From: an uncultured bacterium
GTDB taxonomy: Bacteria; Verrucomicrobiota; Kiritimatiellia; PWTM01
Reading direction: 5' to 3'
NCBI GenBank assembly: GCA_938005705.1
Contig: CALLML010000029.1
Location: 5,705-69,704 of the forward strand
DNA: 64,000 nucleotides
Shown: positions 1 through 10,291 of the stretch, one piece after another
How positions within the stretch are numbered: position 1 is the stretch's first letter
Layout: every line of letters begins with the position of its first letter
The notes under the pieces: model-generated
The model's input: only the letters and a program-made list of their open reading frames with translations
Databases searched by the model: none
Told to the model about the DNA's origin: nothing
Program-made: the position numbers and the translations under genes

Positions 1-36
1 CGCACGGCGCCTCACAATCTGGAGCTGAAAGAGGCG

Positions 37-732
37 ATGGCGACCTTGTATTTGGATCGGAAACAGTTTGAAGAAGCCCGTCGGCTGTTTGCTGAATTGA
101 TTGAAGCTCGCCCTCAGGATCCCGGCTTGCGGCTAAAGATGGCGCAGACGCTGATGCAACTGGGCGAATTTCGGGACGCCTATGAAGCGGTGCGGTGGTA
201 TTTGCGGGATGTACCCAATCATGCCGCAGGCCAGAAACTGGCTGCGCGTATCTGTCTGGATGGCGGATGGCCGGACCAGGCATTGCGCCATTTGCGTGTT
301 CTGGTGGACACCCGCCAGGACGATACGGAGACCCGTCAACTGCTGGCCGTGACCTATCTGCGGTTGGAACAATTTGCCCGGGCCATCAGTCAGTTTGATG
401 AACTCATTCGGAGCACGCCCGCTGATCCATCCAACTATTATAACATGGCCTTGGCCTACGCCCGCCAGCAACTGCCCACGGAAACCCTGAAGGTTCTGAC
501 CAAGGCGGTGGAAAACTTTGGTGCGCGGACAGTGGCGCAATGGATGGGCGAGCCCGATTTTCAACCGTTGCATGACCATCCGGTTTTTCGAACGTACCGT
601 GACCAGCTCGTCCGTCAGCAGACGCCCGACGTTGTAAGCCTGGCTCCGCGTTCCTCCATGGTGGGAGAAAAGCAAATTGGCTGGATGCCCGAACCGGTTT
701 TGGATCCCCTCCCAAAGCTTGCGCCTCGATGA
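37..732 (+). CDS. TPR-repeat protein
   Basis: Repeated TPR-like helical motifs (e.g. EEARRLFAELIEARPQDPGLRLKMAQTLMQLGEF). AGAGG ribosome-binding site about 6 nt upstream of the ATG at position 37. Confidence 0.55.
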   Translation: MATLYLDRKQFEEARRLFAELIEARPQDPGLRLKMAQTLMQLGEFRDAYEAVRWYLRDVPNHAAGQKLAARICLDGGWPDQALRHLRVLVDTRQDDTETRQLLAVTYLRLEQFARAISQFDELIRSTPADPSNYYNMALAYARQQLPTETLKVLTKAVENFGARTVAQWMGEPDFQPLHDHPVFRTYRDQLVRQQTPDVVSLAPRSSMVGEKQIGWMPEPVLDPLPKLAPR

Positions 733-1292
733 CATCTTCGACCTCGCGTTTCCGAAGACTCCCCGAAAAATTTGATCCGACACGCATCTTCGCTTCCCTC
801 CTGGCTGCCTTCGGCACGAACGTCATGTTACATCGACCCAACGATTGGCCAGTCCGATGGTGGCGTGGTTTTCGGAAAATCATTTGGGCCCGGAAACCGC
901 CGATGCGGGGTCACGAGCGCGCTTTCGAGCGCGCTTTACGGCTGCAGGGACGGTGACCGTGTGGAAAACCCTACACCGACGCGGAAAAAAACAGGCTGCA
1001 GCGCCACCGATCTTTTCTGCAGTCCCTGTCCCTGTGCCGTGGTCCCTGTGCCGTGCGTGTCCGCCCAGGGCGAAGGCGCGCCACCAAAATGTCCGCGGTG
1101 GGTGCGGGCTGCGATCGGCCATCCAGCCGTCGCCCACGGGCTCGAGCGCGATTCGAAAAGCCAGGAGAAAATGCTGTTGAAAACCCCGCCGCCGGCCGTG
1201 CGAAAAGAGAAGCGTTCCACGCATCTCAACCGCTTCGACCGACCGAAGGCCTCGACTGACCCGTTCCTAGACGTGCATTTTTCTCTTCCCGA

Positions 1293-2513
1293 ATGACCAT
1301 CGTCCTTCTCATCTCACTGGCGATTTCCGCCGTGATCTGGCTAGCCGTTGCGGGGCGGTTGCGCCGCATTCGCCATGCGGCCGTTTTTCTGGAAGCCGAC
1401 GCAACACCCCGGAACGCAGCCAGTGATGGACCTTTCGTCTCCATCCTCGTGCCCGCCCGTAACGAAGCGCGTGATCTACCAGCAACGCTCCGCTCGCTAT
1501 TGAACCAAGAATATCAGGCGTTCGAGATCATCGTCGTGGACGATGAGTCCATTGACGACACAGCGGACGTCGCGCGCGCGGTTTTGCAAAACCATTCTGC
1601 ATCGCGCGTGTTAGCAGGTGCACCGCGTCCGGACCCGGGATGGGTTGGAAAAACCTGGGCGCTGACACAGGCCTTTCGCGTGGCGCGTGGCGATTGGCTA
1701 CTGTTCACTGATGCCGACATCGAACACCATCCTGCAGCGTTGCGACGGGCGCTGGACGAAGCGGAAACGAAAAGGCTTGATGTCGTCACGCTGCTGCCAG
1801 CCATGGAATGCCGAACATTGACGGACCGTCTTGTGTTGCCCCTGTTCGCGCTTTTGGCCGGAATCATGGATTCCCTCGATCCCCGCGCCACGCGTGCGCG
1901 CGGCCCAGCACGTCTTTCCGGAGCCTTTATTTTGATCCGACGCGCCACGTACCAAGACGCGGGCGGGCACGAGGCCGTACGCGGCGAAATCATTGAGGAT
2001 ATGGCACTGGCGCAGCGGTTGAGACAACTCAATTGTCCCGTGGGTCTACGTTATACCCGCACTCTCCTGCGGACCCACATGTATGACGGCGCACAGGAAC
2101 TATGGCAGGGGTTGACGCGATTCGCCTATCCGATGCTGGGGCTCTCGCCGCTCCGTTTGGCCATGGCATTGGCGACCGCTTTCTTTGCAACGCTCGTGCC
2201 CGTGCTGGCTTTGGCAGTGAGTCTCTTCGCGTGGAGAGCGCATGACCTGTCAGCCGCAGCGTCCATGCTTGCGGGCGGGGCACTATGGGGCCTGCCCTGC
2301 TTCTTGTTGCGGGATGTGGCGCGCATTCTACGCGTGCGGCGGATCTGGATGCTGGCGCTGCCTGTCGGCGCCCTCGCGCTTTCTCTGGCCGCCGTCGAGT
2401 CCGCCATGCGTTTTCATCTCGGACGAGGGGTCGAGTGGAAAGGCCGACGCTACGCAGCCGCCGCACCAGCGAGTGGCTCTGAGGCCCCGGAAAAACCCGC
2501 TGCGAAGGGCTGA
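1293..2513 (+). CDS. Family 2 glycosyltransferase with C-terminal transmembrane segments
   Basis: GT2 signature VSILVPARNEA...IIVVDDES.DDT near the N terminus. DxD-like TDADIEHH. Several hydrophobic helices at the C terminus. Confidence 0.75.
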   Translation: MTIVLLISLAISAVIWLAVAGRLRRIRHAAVFLEADATPRNAASDGPFVSILVPARNEARDLPATLRSLLNQEYQAFEIIVVDDESIDDTADVARAVLQNHSASRVLAGAPRPDPGWVGKTWALTQAFRVARGDWLLFTDADIEHHPAALRRALDEAETKRLDVVTLLPAMECRTLTDRLVLPLFALLAGIMDSLDPRATRARGPARLSGAFILIRRATYQDAGGHEAVRGEIIEDMALAQRLRQLNCPVGLRYTRTLLRTHMYDGAQELWQGLTRFAYPMLGLSPLRLAMALATAFFATLVPVLALAVSLFAWRAHDLSAAASMLAGGALWGLPCFLLRDVARILRVRRIWMLALPVGALALSLAAVESAMRFHLGRGVEWKGRRYAAAAPASGSEAPEKPAAKG

Positions 2514-2543
2514 TCCTGGAAATGCGGCCTGTCCCTGGTCGGC

Positions 2544-2948
2544 CTACTTTCTGGCCAATCCCCTTCGTCTCATATTCGGCCGCTTGATGGTCACGATGCG
2601 ACTCTTCGGCGCAGGAGGGACGGCCAAGGTCGGTATCTCGATGCGGGTCGTCGTGCTCTTGTCATTGGGGGGCACGCCGAAGGCTAGAACTTCAATCGGA
2701 CGATCGGTGCTCGGCGTTCGCAAACGAGATGCACATTTGGGACATTCGATCTCGCTGCCGGCGGCCTCAGCCTCCACCTCGAGATTCTGCCCGCAAACCG
2801 GACAATCGAAATTCCACAACCGTATCTCCAACAGCGGCAGAGGAATTTCAAGACCGCAGGTCGGACAAGGAAAGGGCCACGCCGCCAGATTTTCGGCAAT
2901 TTGGATTTCCTGATCGCAGTTTGGACAATTGAAGACGACGTCGCTCAT
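2544..2948 (-). CDS. Small multi zinc-ribbon protein (hypothetical)
   Basis: Four CPxC/CxxC pairs (CPNCDQ, CPTCG, CPVCGQ, CPKCAS). 134 aa. Confidence 0.5.
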   Translation of the reverse strand: MSDVVFNCPNCDQEIQIAENLAAWPFPCPTCGLEIPLPLLEIRLWNFDCPVCGQNLEVEAEAAGSEIECPKCASRLRTPSTDRPIEVLAFGVPPNDKSTTTRIEIPTLAVPPAPKSRIVTIKRPNMRRRGLARK

Positions 2949-3458
2949 GGAATTTCATGATGATACGTAAATTTTCTGATGCTTTTTTAAATTCGGCAAG
3001 CACAATCAACTCAGATGCGGCTATGGACCGAGGAGAATATGGAAGTATCATGATCCTCCCGGCAATCACGAAGATGACCTCTTGCGATTCCGAATTATAC
3101 GACTCGCGCACGTTCCCGGTGCGCCGAACCCTCCGGCCCTGATAAAGCACGACCGCCGGTTTTCCGATTCACGGGTCCGCGGAAAAACACCGCGACCTTG
3201 CCTGCCGGAAATACCCAGAAGACGACACGGAGTGACTTCTCTTTCACCCGAAAGACATGCGCACAAGAGGAGACCATGAATACGGGTGGATCCTCTGCCG
3301 TCCCCGATTGCATCCCGAATTCGGAGGTCCGCCGATCGGCCGGGGCTGGTCTCGCCATGTCCGGCCTTGGCATTCGCGCAGGGAGGCCGCAATGTTTTTA
3401 CGCGCATGCGGAAGAAAGCGACCTGTCCCCGTTCTTCCGTTCTCCTCTTCGCATCGGC

Positions 3459-5474
3459 TTATGGCGCAATGCGCTCAGCAGCTGCAGCGGCCTCGAACAG
3501 CGTGAATGTACGTTCCCGCCACGTGGATGTGCGATACCACGCAGGGCCTTCGTCATCGGCCCGTTGGCGCAGGGCCCACGTGCTGCCGGTTTCAATGCCC
3601 TGGGCCTTCAAAGCCCCTTGCAGACCCTCCACCATGCTGCGCCCTCTCACCGGCCCAATTTTCTGGAGGTGTTCTTCAAACGGCCATTGGGCACGCCAAA
3701 GGGAGAGATGATAGTCATTCACCGCCTCCCGTGCCGCGCGGACGAAATCGGCCCTGGCCCGAGCGAGGCGTGCGTCGTCCAGAAGCACGCGCTCGATCGC
3801 TATGCGCGCTTCGCTTTCTTGCACCCCCTCGATCAGGTTCGCGAATCGTACCGTCGTCACCGCCCCATCGGCGCCCGGTCCCAGTATCCACGAGTTGATA
3901 TTCAACCCCCGCCAATGGTTGTGCGGGTAGCGGTCAAAGACGCAGCCGCTTCGCATTCCGCGCGCGTCTCGCAGCACGGGCCAAAAATCGCCGCCTATGC
4001 GCCCAATGCCTCGTTGATAGCCGCTGATGATAATCCCCGGCATGTGCCGGACCCGAAGTGCGCCGAAATTCATATCGCCAAAACGATCCAAATACGCGCG
4101 CAGTTCCTTCACCTGCCACCCCATCGGCACCTCGCGCGGGATACTCGGGTTTATATGATAGTAGAGATCGTAGGCGTGGGCCTCGTAGCCAATGGATGCT
4201 ATTCCGTACAGCACGTTGTTGGGCAACGGCTTGTTCAGCGTGCGACGTGGATGCGCGTGACTGATCCACGGCATGTTGCCACTGACATTCCGAAAGAATT
4301 CCGTTTGCGCCTTTGAAGGGCTCATGTCTGTGGCCACGCCCAAAAACAGACGATCTTCCAATCCTCTCTGTCGCAATCGTTTGCGGATTTCATTATAGAC
4401 CGGTTTCCAGCGCTCTTCACTGCCCGATTCAGCCGCCGTATAGAGCGGGAAGAAACCCGGCTCGGTCTTTCCCGTCGCTTCGTCCACTATGGTGACCGTT
4501 AGCCCTTTTTGCCGCAGGTCATACTGCTGCTGGGCCACAAGCTCCAGGCCACGCTGAAATTCGTTTTGGCTTTTCACTTCCGGGCGGGTCTTGGTTTCCT
4601 CATTGCCGCCCCGGTCGGCCACCAAATAGGCGTCCCATGCATACAGCACCACCATCCGAATCTCGCCGAGATTCTGCTGCGCCATATCGAGGTAGCGTTC
4701 CATGACGGAAAAATCCGGCGTGAACGCCCCATTGCGCCGACGCACCCATCGCACCATCGCCTCCGCGTTGCCCTGGTTTGTTTCGCGAATCAGCGGAATA
4801 TAAACCACGCCGCTGCCTGTCTCCCGGATCAGCCGGAAACTTCGGGCAATCAGCTCGAAGTGCCGGTCCGACCATAACGGCACGTTGTACTCCAGCGCTA
4901 AGGTGTCGGGCGACTGAATCACCTCGATCCAGGTCCGAAACTGCCGGGGATCGGGCACACGCCAGGCAGATAATTGCACCTCGACCGGCAACGTCACGGG
5001 GCTCTCGCCGGCGACTTCGACTCGCAGCTCGGCCGTATGGCGGCCCGGCGGCGCATCCGGAGGCGGACGCACTGTGAGCCAAACGCCCACAATCGCGCGA
5101 CGCGAACGGGGATCGACCGGGACTTCAGCGGGCGAAGTCTCATGGAGAAGGTCAAAACCCGACGGCGCACCTCGCGTGCTCTCCCACGGCCTCGCATAGC
5201 GCACCAGAGCCCCCGCGAATACGGTCGCCGCACCACTCGTCGGCCGGAGCGTCACCCGCAACCCCTTCAGCGTATCTGTTGTCTCCACCGCCACGGTGCC
5301 CGAAAATTGGCCGTTGCGCGCCGCCACGATCCGCATCGGTCGGAGTGGACCTGGATCTTTGACCGCGGCAGGATTCTCAAAAACTTCATAGTTCCACACG
5401 CGCAACTCTGCCCGCGCCGCGCCCGACGCCAATATCACCGCGGCCCCTCCGACGCCAATCCAACTCCATCGCAT
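3459..5474 (-). CDS. Secreted hypothetical protein, possibly glycoside-hydrolase-like
   Basis: N-terminal signal peptide MRWSWIGVGGAAVILASGAARA. 671 aa. No motif I can name with confidence. Confidence 0.5.
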   Translation of the reverse strand: MRWSWIGVGGAAVILASGAARAELRVWNYEVFENPAAVKDPGPLRPMRIVAARNGQFSGTVAVETTDTLKGLRVTLRPTSGAATVFAGALVRYARPWESTRGAPSGFDLLHETSPAEVPVDPRSRRAIVGVWLTVRPPPDAPPGRHTAELRVEVAGESPVTLPVEVQLSAWRVPDPRQFRTWIEVIQSPDTLALEYNVPLWSDRHFELIARSFRLIRETGSGVVYIPLIRETNQGNAEAMVRWVRRRNGAFTPDFSVMERYLDMAQQNLGEIRMVVLYAWDAYLVADRGGNEETKTRPEVKSQNEFQRGLELVAQQQYDLRQKGLTVTIVDEATGKTEPGFFPLYTAAESGSEERWKPVYNEIRKRLRQRGLEDRLFLGVATDMSPSKAQTEFFRNVSGNMPWISHAHPRRTLNKPLPNNVLYGIASIGYEAHAYDLYYHINPSIPREVPMGWQVKELRAYLDRFGDMNFGALRVRHMPGIIISGYQRGIGRIGGDFWPVLRDARGMRSGCVFDRYPHNHWRGLNINSWILGPGADGAVTTVRFANLIEGVQESEARIAIERVLLDDARLARARADFVRAAREAVNDYHLSLWRAQWPFEEHLQKIGPVRGRSMVEGLQGALKAQGIETGSTWALRQRADDEGPAWYRTSTWRERTFTLFEAAAAAERIAP

Positions 5475-5977
5475 TTTCGTCCTCCTCTGAGGATCTGCAT
5501 TTCACGCCGCCGGCCACATGCAACACCATTGCTTTATACAACGATTTCAACAACAGGGCTATTGCATCATGCCATGAATAAAATCAGACGAATGGTGTTA
5601 AGGCATTCCGAGGGGGACGAGCAGGAGCGTCGTGACGCGGCGGCGAAATGTGCGATCCTCCGGCGGTTATAGCCGCCGGAGGCCAACCGATAACGGCCAT
5701 TCGTTCCCCGCGCCCGCGGCCCCCGCAAACGCGCATGTCAGGACAATAATGAGAGGACCGCTAATGCAACTAACTGCACATACGCAAAACACACGCTGGA
5801 TAGCAAGAAAAGCCGCAAAGAGGCCAAAAGCCTTGGAATCGCTCTGCGCAGTGCAGGGAAAAATGGTGCAGCAGCTCTGAGAGGAGTGCGGGAATAAAAA
5901 AAGGCGGCGCGGAGAGCATCTCCCCGCGCCGCGCGGCCTGAGCAAGCTCAGGCCCTACGATCTCATGTATCGTGAGC

Positions 5978-8965
5978 TCAGCGGCGAATCCGACGCCGCA
6001 GCGCCGCCAGCGCCAGTCCGCCGAGCAGCAAGCCTGCGGTTCCCGGCTCCGGAATCACCGTGAACAGCAGATTGTTGCTGTCCATCGAGAAGGAACCGGA
6101 CAACCCGCTGGCAAGATTCTCATACGTGAAGTCGCTCGCGTCCGAGGCGAATGTCGTCGAGCCGAACTGAACCAGCGTGTAGGTCTCGTTCAGTTTTCCA
6201 CCGCCCATAAAGTTGAACTTGAAGTAGCTGCCCGTCCCCTTCAGGAACTCGGACGTGCCCAGGTTCAACCGGTCGGACGTGTTGTCCGTCGTGCTCAGCT
6301 CGAACAACATCTGGGCCGTGTCCGTCGTCTCGCCGTTCCACATGAAATACCCGTTGCCGTTGTTCTGCGTCGAGAGCGTGCCGATGCTCAGACCGGGGGC
6401 CAGACGCCCTCCCGCATTCAACTGAATGGAAGCCGTAGTGCCGTTGCCGCCCAGCCACGCGCCGTCCCGCACCTCGGTCAGCATCGAATTGGCGATCGAA
6501 CCTGTGACGATCAGACCGCCCTCGGACACAATGGTCGGGCCGTTGTAGAGGTTGGTTCCGCTCAACTGGAGCACGCCGGCCCCCATCTTCTGAAAACCAC
6601 CCATTCCGGTGGCCGTCGAGTTATGGAGCACGGACATGACCATAGCAATTTCCGCATCCACCGCCGCCGCGCCGTCGAAAACACGAATCGTAGCGACATT
6701 GGGCGATCCAGATGCTGAGGCCAGGTTAATGATGCTCGAATTGGTGGAATTGACGGTGATTTTCCCATCGGCATCCGCCGCGCTCAGCAGGAATTCGCCG
6801 TTGCGAAGTCCGCTCAGATCCAGAGTGCTGTTGATCGTCACCGTTCGATCCGCGTTATACGCCGCGAAACCGAAGCTGCCCACCACTTGAAACCGCCCCA
6901 CAGCGCCCGTCGCAATCGTGAAGGTCAAATCGCTGCCAGCAAGGCCTAATTGACCGCCCGCGAACTTCAACGTGCTGGAACCCAGGGCGTTCATGGTGCT
7001 CACCGCCAGAACACCGTCGGCGATGGTCGTTTCACCATAGCGCCCGGTGAAGTTATTGTTGCCGGTGAGGAACAGCGTGCCGGGACCCGCTTTGGTGAGG
7101 TGGGTCGTTGTCCCGGTGCCGTTGCGCAGCGTCGTGGACATGGTAACCGGGTTCGCGGTGTTGTTCTGCACAATGATCAGCTCCTGCGCCGTCTGGTTGC
7201 CGCCGCCGATCAGATTGCCGCCGGTGAATGAATTTACCCCGGCGCCGGTGATCAGGATTCCGCTTGCGCCGATCGTCAGGTTGCCGCCCAGCGTGATCGC
7301 CGAGCTGCCGGTCAACCGCAGGGTGTTGATGGTCTGCGTGCCCGGATTCGAATCCGGATTGCCGGAAAGCGACACGTTGTCCGATGCGGCCCAGGCCGTT
7401 GGGTCGGTCGAGGTCTGGTACGTGGACAGCGCGACGATGTTGCTCCCGCTCAGCGTCGCCCAGTCGGTCTTGTTCGCCGTGGCGAACGCCGTGGCGTTGA
7501 TGGTCAGCACGCCGTTGGTGGTCTCCGTATGCGACGTCGTGACCGTGGCGCCCGACGGATTGGTGATGTTCAGAACATGGCCGGTGTTCGTCGTGTTGAC
7601 CGTGGACGCGCGGGACAGTGCGCCGAGATTCACGGCGACCGTGCCGCCGGCGCCCGGCGCGACTTCGATGGAGGTGTAGCCCTCCCTGAGATTCGTTCCG
7701 TTGAAGGTCTGGGTGTTGGCTGCGCCGTCTTTCCCGCGGACGGCGAGCACGCCGTCGTAGAGGTACAGCGGGCTAACGGAATTCACGATATTGCTCGTTG
7801 GCGCGCCCGCGCCGGCGAAATCGAGCCGCAGCAGACCGGCGCGCAATTCCGTTATTCCCGTGTACGGCTGGGCCGCCGTGACGTTCCATGTCCCCTCGCC
7901 CCGTTTGCGGAGCGCGAAAATATTCGTGCCGTTGTTCGTCACCGCGCCGGCGAAAACGTTCTCGGCGATGCTTGATCCTGCCAGACTGAACACCAAGTTA
8001 TAGTTATTTGTGGAGCTCCCATGCCTGACATCGCCGGACCATGTGAGGGGTCCAACGCCATGCGCCGCTAAAATTGCGGGGCTCACGTTGCCATAAATGA
8101 TATTTCGATCCGTCGAGTGGCCCGCCGCATCGGTGCCCGCATAGAACAGCGTCTGTTCCGCGCTGGTCGAACCGACGGAGATATTCCCCAGCGCCGTGGT
8201 CGCCGCGTTTCCCAAGCCACTGGCGCCGCCGCCTACGGGCGTCACCGTCTCAAAGATCGCCAGGCCGCGAGACATACCGAACGAGCCCCGATAGGTGTTC
8301 TGCGCCTTATACCAAATGAGAGAACCGCTATAATCTTGCGAGACGCTCGTGTTGGCCGTGCCGCTGGGGTTGCCGATCACGCCGCGCACGACGGCCACGG
8401 GCGCCGATCCGCCAGTCGTTGTGACCGCAAAGTTCACAGAACCTCCGCTGGTCCCGCTCAGACCCGGGGTCAGATTGCCGTTAATATTGAACATCACGCC
8501 CAAGGTGTGATTGGCAGACCCGGCCTGGGAACTGAAATACAGGTTGCGGTTGGCCGCCGTCGTATGATTGGCGCCGAAAATGTCGGTGTTGAACGTGGCG
8601 GAGGTGGTCGCGTTGATATCGAAATAGATGGACCGATTGCCAGTCGTCCCGTTACTAAAGAAGTAAAGAGGGCCGCCATTGAACACGAAGGGGCCGGATG
8701 AGGCCCCGATGATCAGACGGGCGAGCGTGCGACCCGAGTCCACATTGACGGTGGTGTTGGATGTGCCGCTGAATGTCGCTATATCGGGAGTCAGCGTCGT
8801 CCCTGCCGACGTGTTGCCCGGGACCTGGTTGCCGACCCAGTTAGCTGCCGTATAGAAGTTGGCGTCCGTGTCGCCGTCCCACGTGTCGTCGACGGCGAAG
8901 GCCGGCGCGGCCGCGAGTGCGGCGATGAGGAGTAGGATATTGAACGAATTACGTTTTGTGATCAT
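5978..8965 (-). CDS. PEP-CTERM sorted surface protein with autotransporter-associated beta-strand repeats
   Basis: C-terminal VIPEPGTAGLLLGGLALAALRRRIRR is a PEP motif followed by a transmembrane segment and a basic tail. Internal repeats such as LTKAGPGTLFLTGNNNFTG and LSGTNLYNGPTIV. True start is MITKRNSFNILLLIAALAAAPAFA (signal peptide), an in-frame ATG with its complement at 8963-8965. The track ORF runs on to 9358. Confidence 0.75.
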   Translation of the reverse strand: MITKRNSFNILLLIAALAAAPAFAVDDTWDGDTDANFYTAANWVGNQVPGNTSAGTTLTPDIATFSGTSNTTVNVDSGRTLARLIIGASSGPFVFNGGPLYFFSNGTTGNRSIYFDINATTSATFNTDIFGANHTTAANRNLYFSSQAGSANHTLGVMFNINGNLTPGLSGTSGGSVNFAVTTTGGSAPVAVVRGVIGNPSGTANTSVSQDYSGSLIWYKAQNTYRGSFGMSRGLAIFETVTPVGGGASGLGNAATTALGNISVGSTSAEQTLFYAGTDAAGHSTDRNIIYGNVSPAILAAHGVGPLTWSGDVRHGSSTNNYNLVFSLAGSSIAENVFAGAVTNNGTNIFALRKRGEGTWNVTAAQPYTGITELRAGLLRLDFAGAGAPTSNIVNSVSPLYLYDGVLAVRGKDGAANTQTFNGTNLREGYTSIEVAPGAGGTVAVNLGALSRASTVNTTNTGHVLNITNPSGATVTTSHTETTNGVLTINATAFATANKTDWATLSGSNIVALSTYQTSTDPTAWAASDNVSLSGNPDSNPGTQTINTLRLTGSSAITLGGNLTIGASGILITGAGVNSFTGGNLIGGGNQTAQELIIVQNNTANPVTMSTTLRNGTGTTTHLTKAGPGTLFLTGNNNFTGRYGETTIADGVLAVSTMNALGSSTLKFAGGQLGLAGSDLTFTIATGAVGRFQVVGSFGFAAYNADRTVTINSTLDLSGLRNGEFLLSAADADGKITVNSTNSSIINLASASGSPNVATIRVFDGAAAVDAEIAMVMSVLHNSTATGMGGFQKMGAGVLQLSGTNLYNGPTIVSEGGLIVTGSIANSMLTEVRDGAWLGGNGTTASIQLNAGGRLAPGLSIGTLSTQNNGNGYFMWNGETTDTAQMLFELSTTDNTSDRLNLGTSEFLKGTGSYFKFNFMGGGKLNETYTLVQFGSTTFASDASDFTYENLASGLSGSFSMDSNNLLFTVIPEPGTAGLLLGGLALAALRRRIRR

Positions 8966-9180
8966 GGCTATTTTCCCTCTTTTTGCGAAGAAACTTGATG
9001 ACCCGCGGCGCATTGCCCAACGCAAATATCGCCGCGAAACATCCTTTCTTTTTTCATAACTGGGGACATCATGCACCATGTTGCTGGCGGCGTCAAATAT
9101 TTTTTTGTCTTTTTTTTGAACGCGCCGGGCTGAACGCATCGCCGCGCGACGGCAGGTCCCGCGGCTCCCTGTTTGCCATA

Positions 9181-10053
9181 TCACTCCCACAGCGGCGCCA
9201 GCGCTTCCTCGAGCAGCTTCGGGGTGGCTGAAAACAGCAACGCGGCGGCAAGGCGGTCTCCGACTTCGGCCATGTCGGTGACATTGGTGAAGGTGAAGGT
9301 GCGATTCAATTCCAGTCGTGTAAAAGGAATCGTGGCGGCGATGGATTCGTCCTTCCATTCCATGGCGCCGATCGTCACCGTCATCCGTTCCACGCGCCAG
9401 GTGCGCGGCGGAGAAAGCGCACGGTCTGGGCGCGCCGCGGACGGGGGCGACGTCTTGTCCGGTCGCGCAGGGGGTTTTCGTCCGGCCTCATCCCGATGAT
9501 CCGCCGCCGTTCCGTGGGGCGGTGTTGGCGTTTGGGGAGACGACGGAGCGGAGGATGGCGACGGCGGCGGATCGGCGCGGCGAGAGGACGGCGATGGAGG
9601 CGACGCGACGGGCGTTTCGGGCAGGCCCGCGACGAGCCGGTCAATGTTGGTCTCGCCGTTGGCGCGCCGGACGATCGAGACCTGCGCGATCTCTATCCGC
9701 AATTCGCGCAGCAGGGTCTCGCGCGGACGGTCCGAGCGCCCCCCATGTTCCGCATAGACTTCCCGCACGACGATGGCCGGCCCTTCAGGGAAACCCGCCG
9801 GATTGGCGACGGCCAGGTTTTCGATGCGCACGCGCGCCGGGAAGAGTCGGGCGCGCACGCGGTCCACCCTCACCCTCCACCCTGCGGTCCGTCGCGCTGA
9901 GAAAGTCAGCGCGCGCGCCAGCAGCACATCGCCGGCGAGCCATCCCAGCAGAGACAAGGTCAAAAGGCCGATCAACCAGCGCGGCCATCGGCGGCGTTTC
10001 GATCGAGCAGCGGGGGGCGGCGATGCATCGCGAGGCCGGCGGTCGGCGTTCAT
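9181..10053 (-). CDS. Hypothetical membrane-anchored protein with Pro/Ser-rich linker
   Basis: N-terminal transmembrane segment WLIGLLTLSLLGWLAG. Low-complexity PPSPSS region. No recognisable catalytic motif. Confidence 0.4.
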   Translation of the reverse strand: MNADRRPRDASPPPAARSKRRRWPRWLIGLLTLSLLGWLAGDVLLARALTFSARRTAGWRVRVDRVRARLFPARVRIENLAVANPAGFPEGPAIVVREVYAEHGGRSDRPRETLLRELRIEIAQVSIVRRANGETNIDRLVAGLPETPVASPPSPSSRRADPPPSPSSAPSSPQTPTPPHGTAADHRDEAGRKPPARPDKTSPPSAARPDRALSPPRTWRVERMTVTIGAMEWKDESIAATIPFTRLELNRTFTFTNVTDMAEVGDRLAAALLFSATPKLLEEALAPLWE

Positions 10054-10291
10054 GGTCGTTGCCCAGAGTATGGCGAGAATCCGGGGGGGCGCAAGAGATT
10101 TTTGCCCTATTTTTCAGAAGCCCATTGCGATGCGTTTGCTGGGGCGTTTTCTGGAGACCGAGCCCGCTGTGCGGCGGGCTCGGTACGCTGTTGGGAGAGG
10201 TTTTTTTGTATTTTTTCACCGTGCGCCGCGACGGTAATCATGTATTTTCAGGGGTGATTCGTCGGCCCCTACATTCGGAATCCGTGCGGTC

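Noticed and set aside
772-1296. 174-aa ORF in the TPR-to-GT2 intergenic region
   Set aside because: Cys/Pro/Arg-rich and no motif. Contains the short tandem repeat. Probably non-coding, but not excluded.
3198-4316. 372-aa plus-strand ORF
   Set aside because: Lies entirely antisense to the 671-aa secreted-protein gene (3459..5474). Arg/Pro-rich composition is typical of spurious antisense ORFs in high-GC DNA.
5972-9358. Numerous 60-250 aa ORFs on both strands overlapping the PEP-CTERM gene, and the track's 131-codon N-terminal extension of that gene
   Set aside because: They overlap a gene with a clear signal peptide, repeat architecture and sorting signal. The extension precedes a signal peptide at the in-frame ATG 8965 and runs into AT-rich promoter-like DNA.
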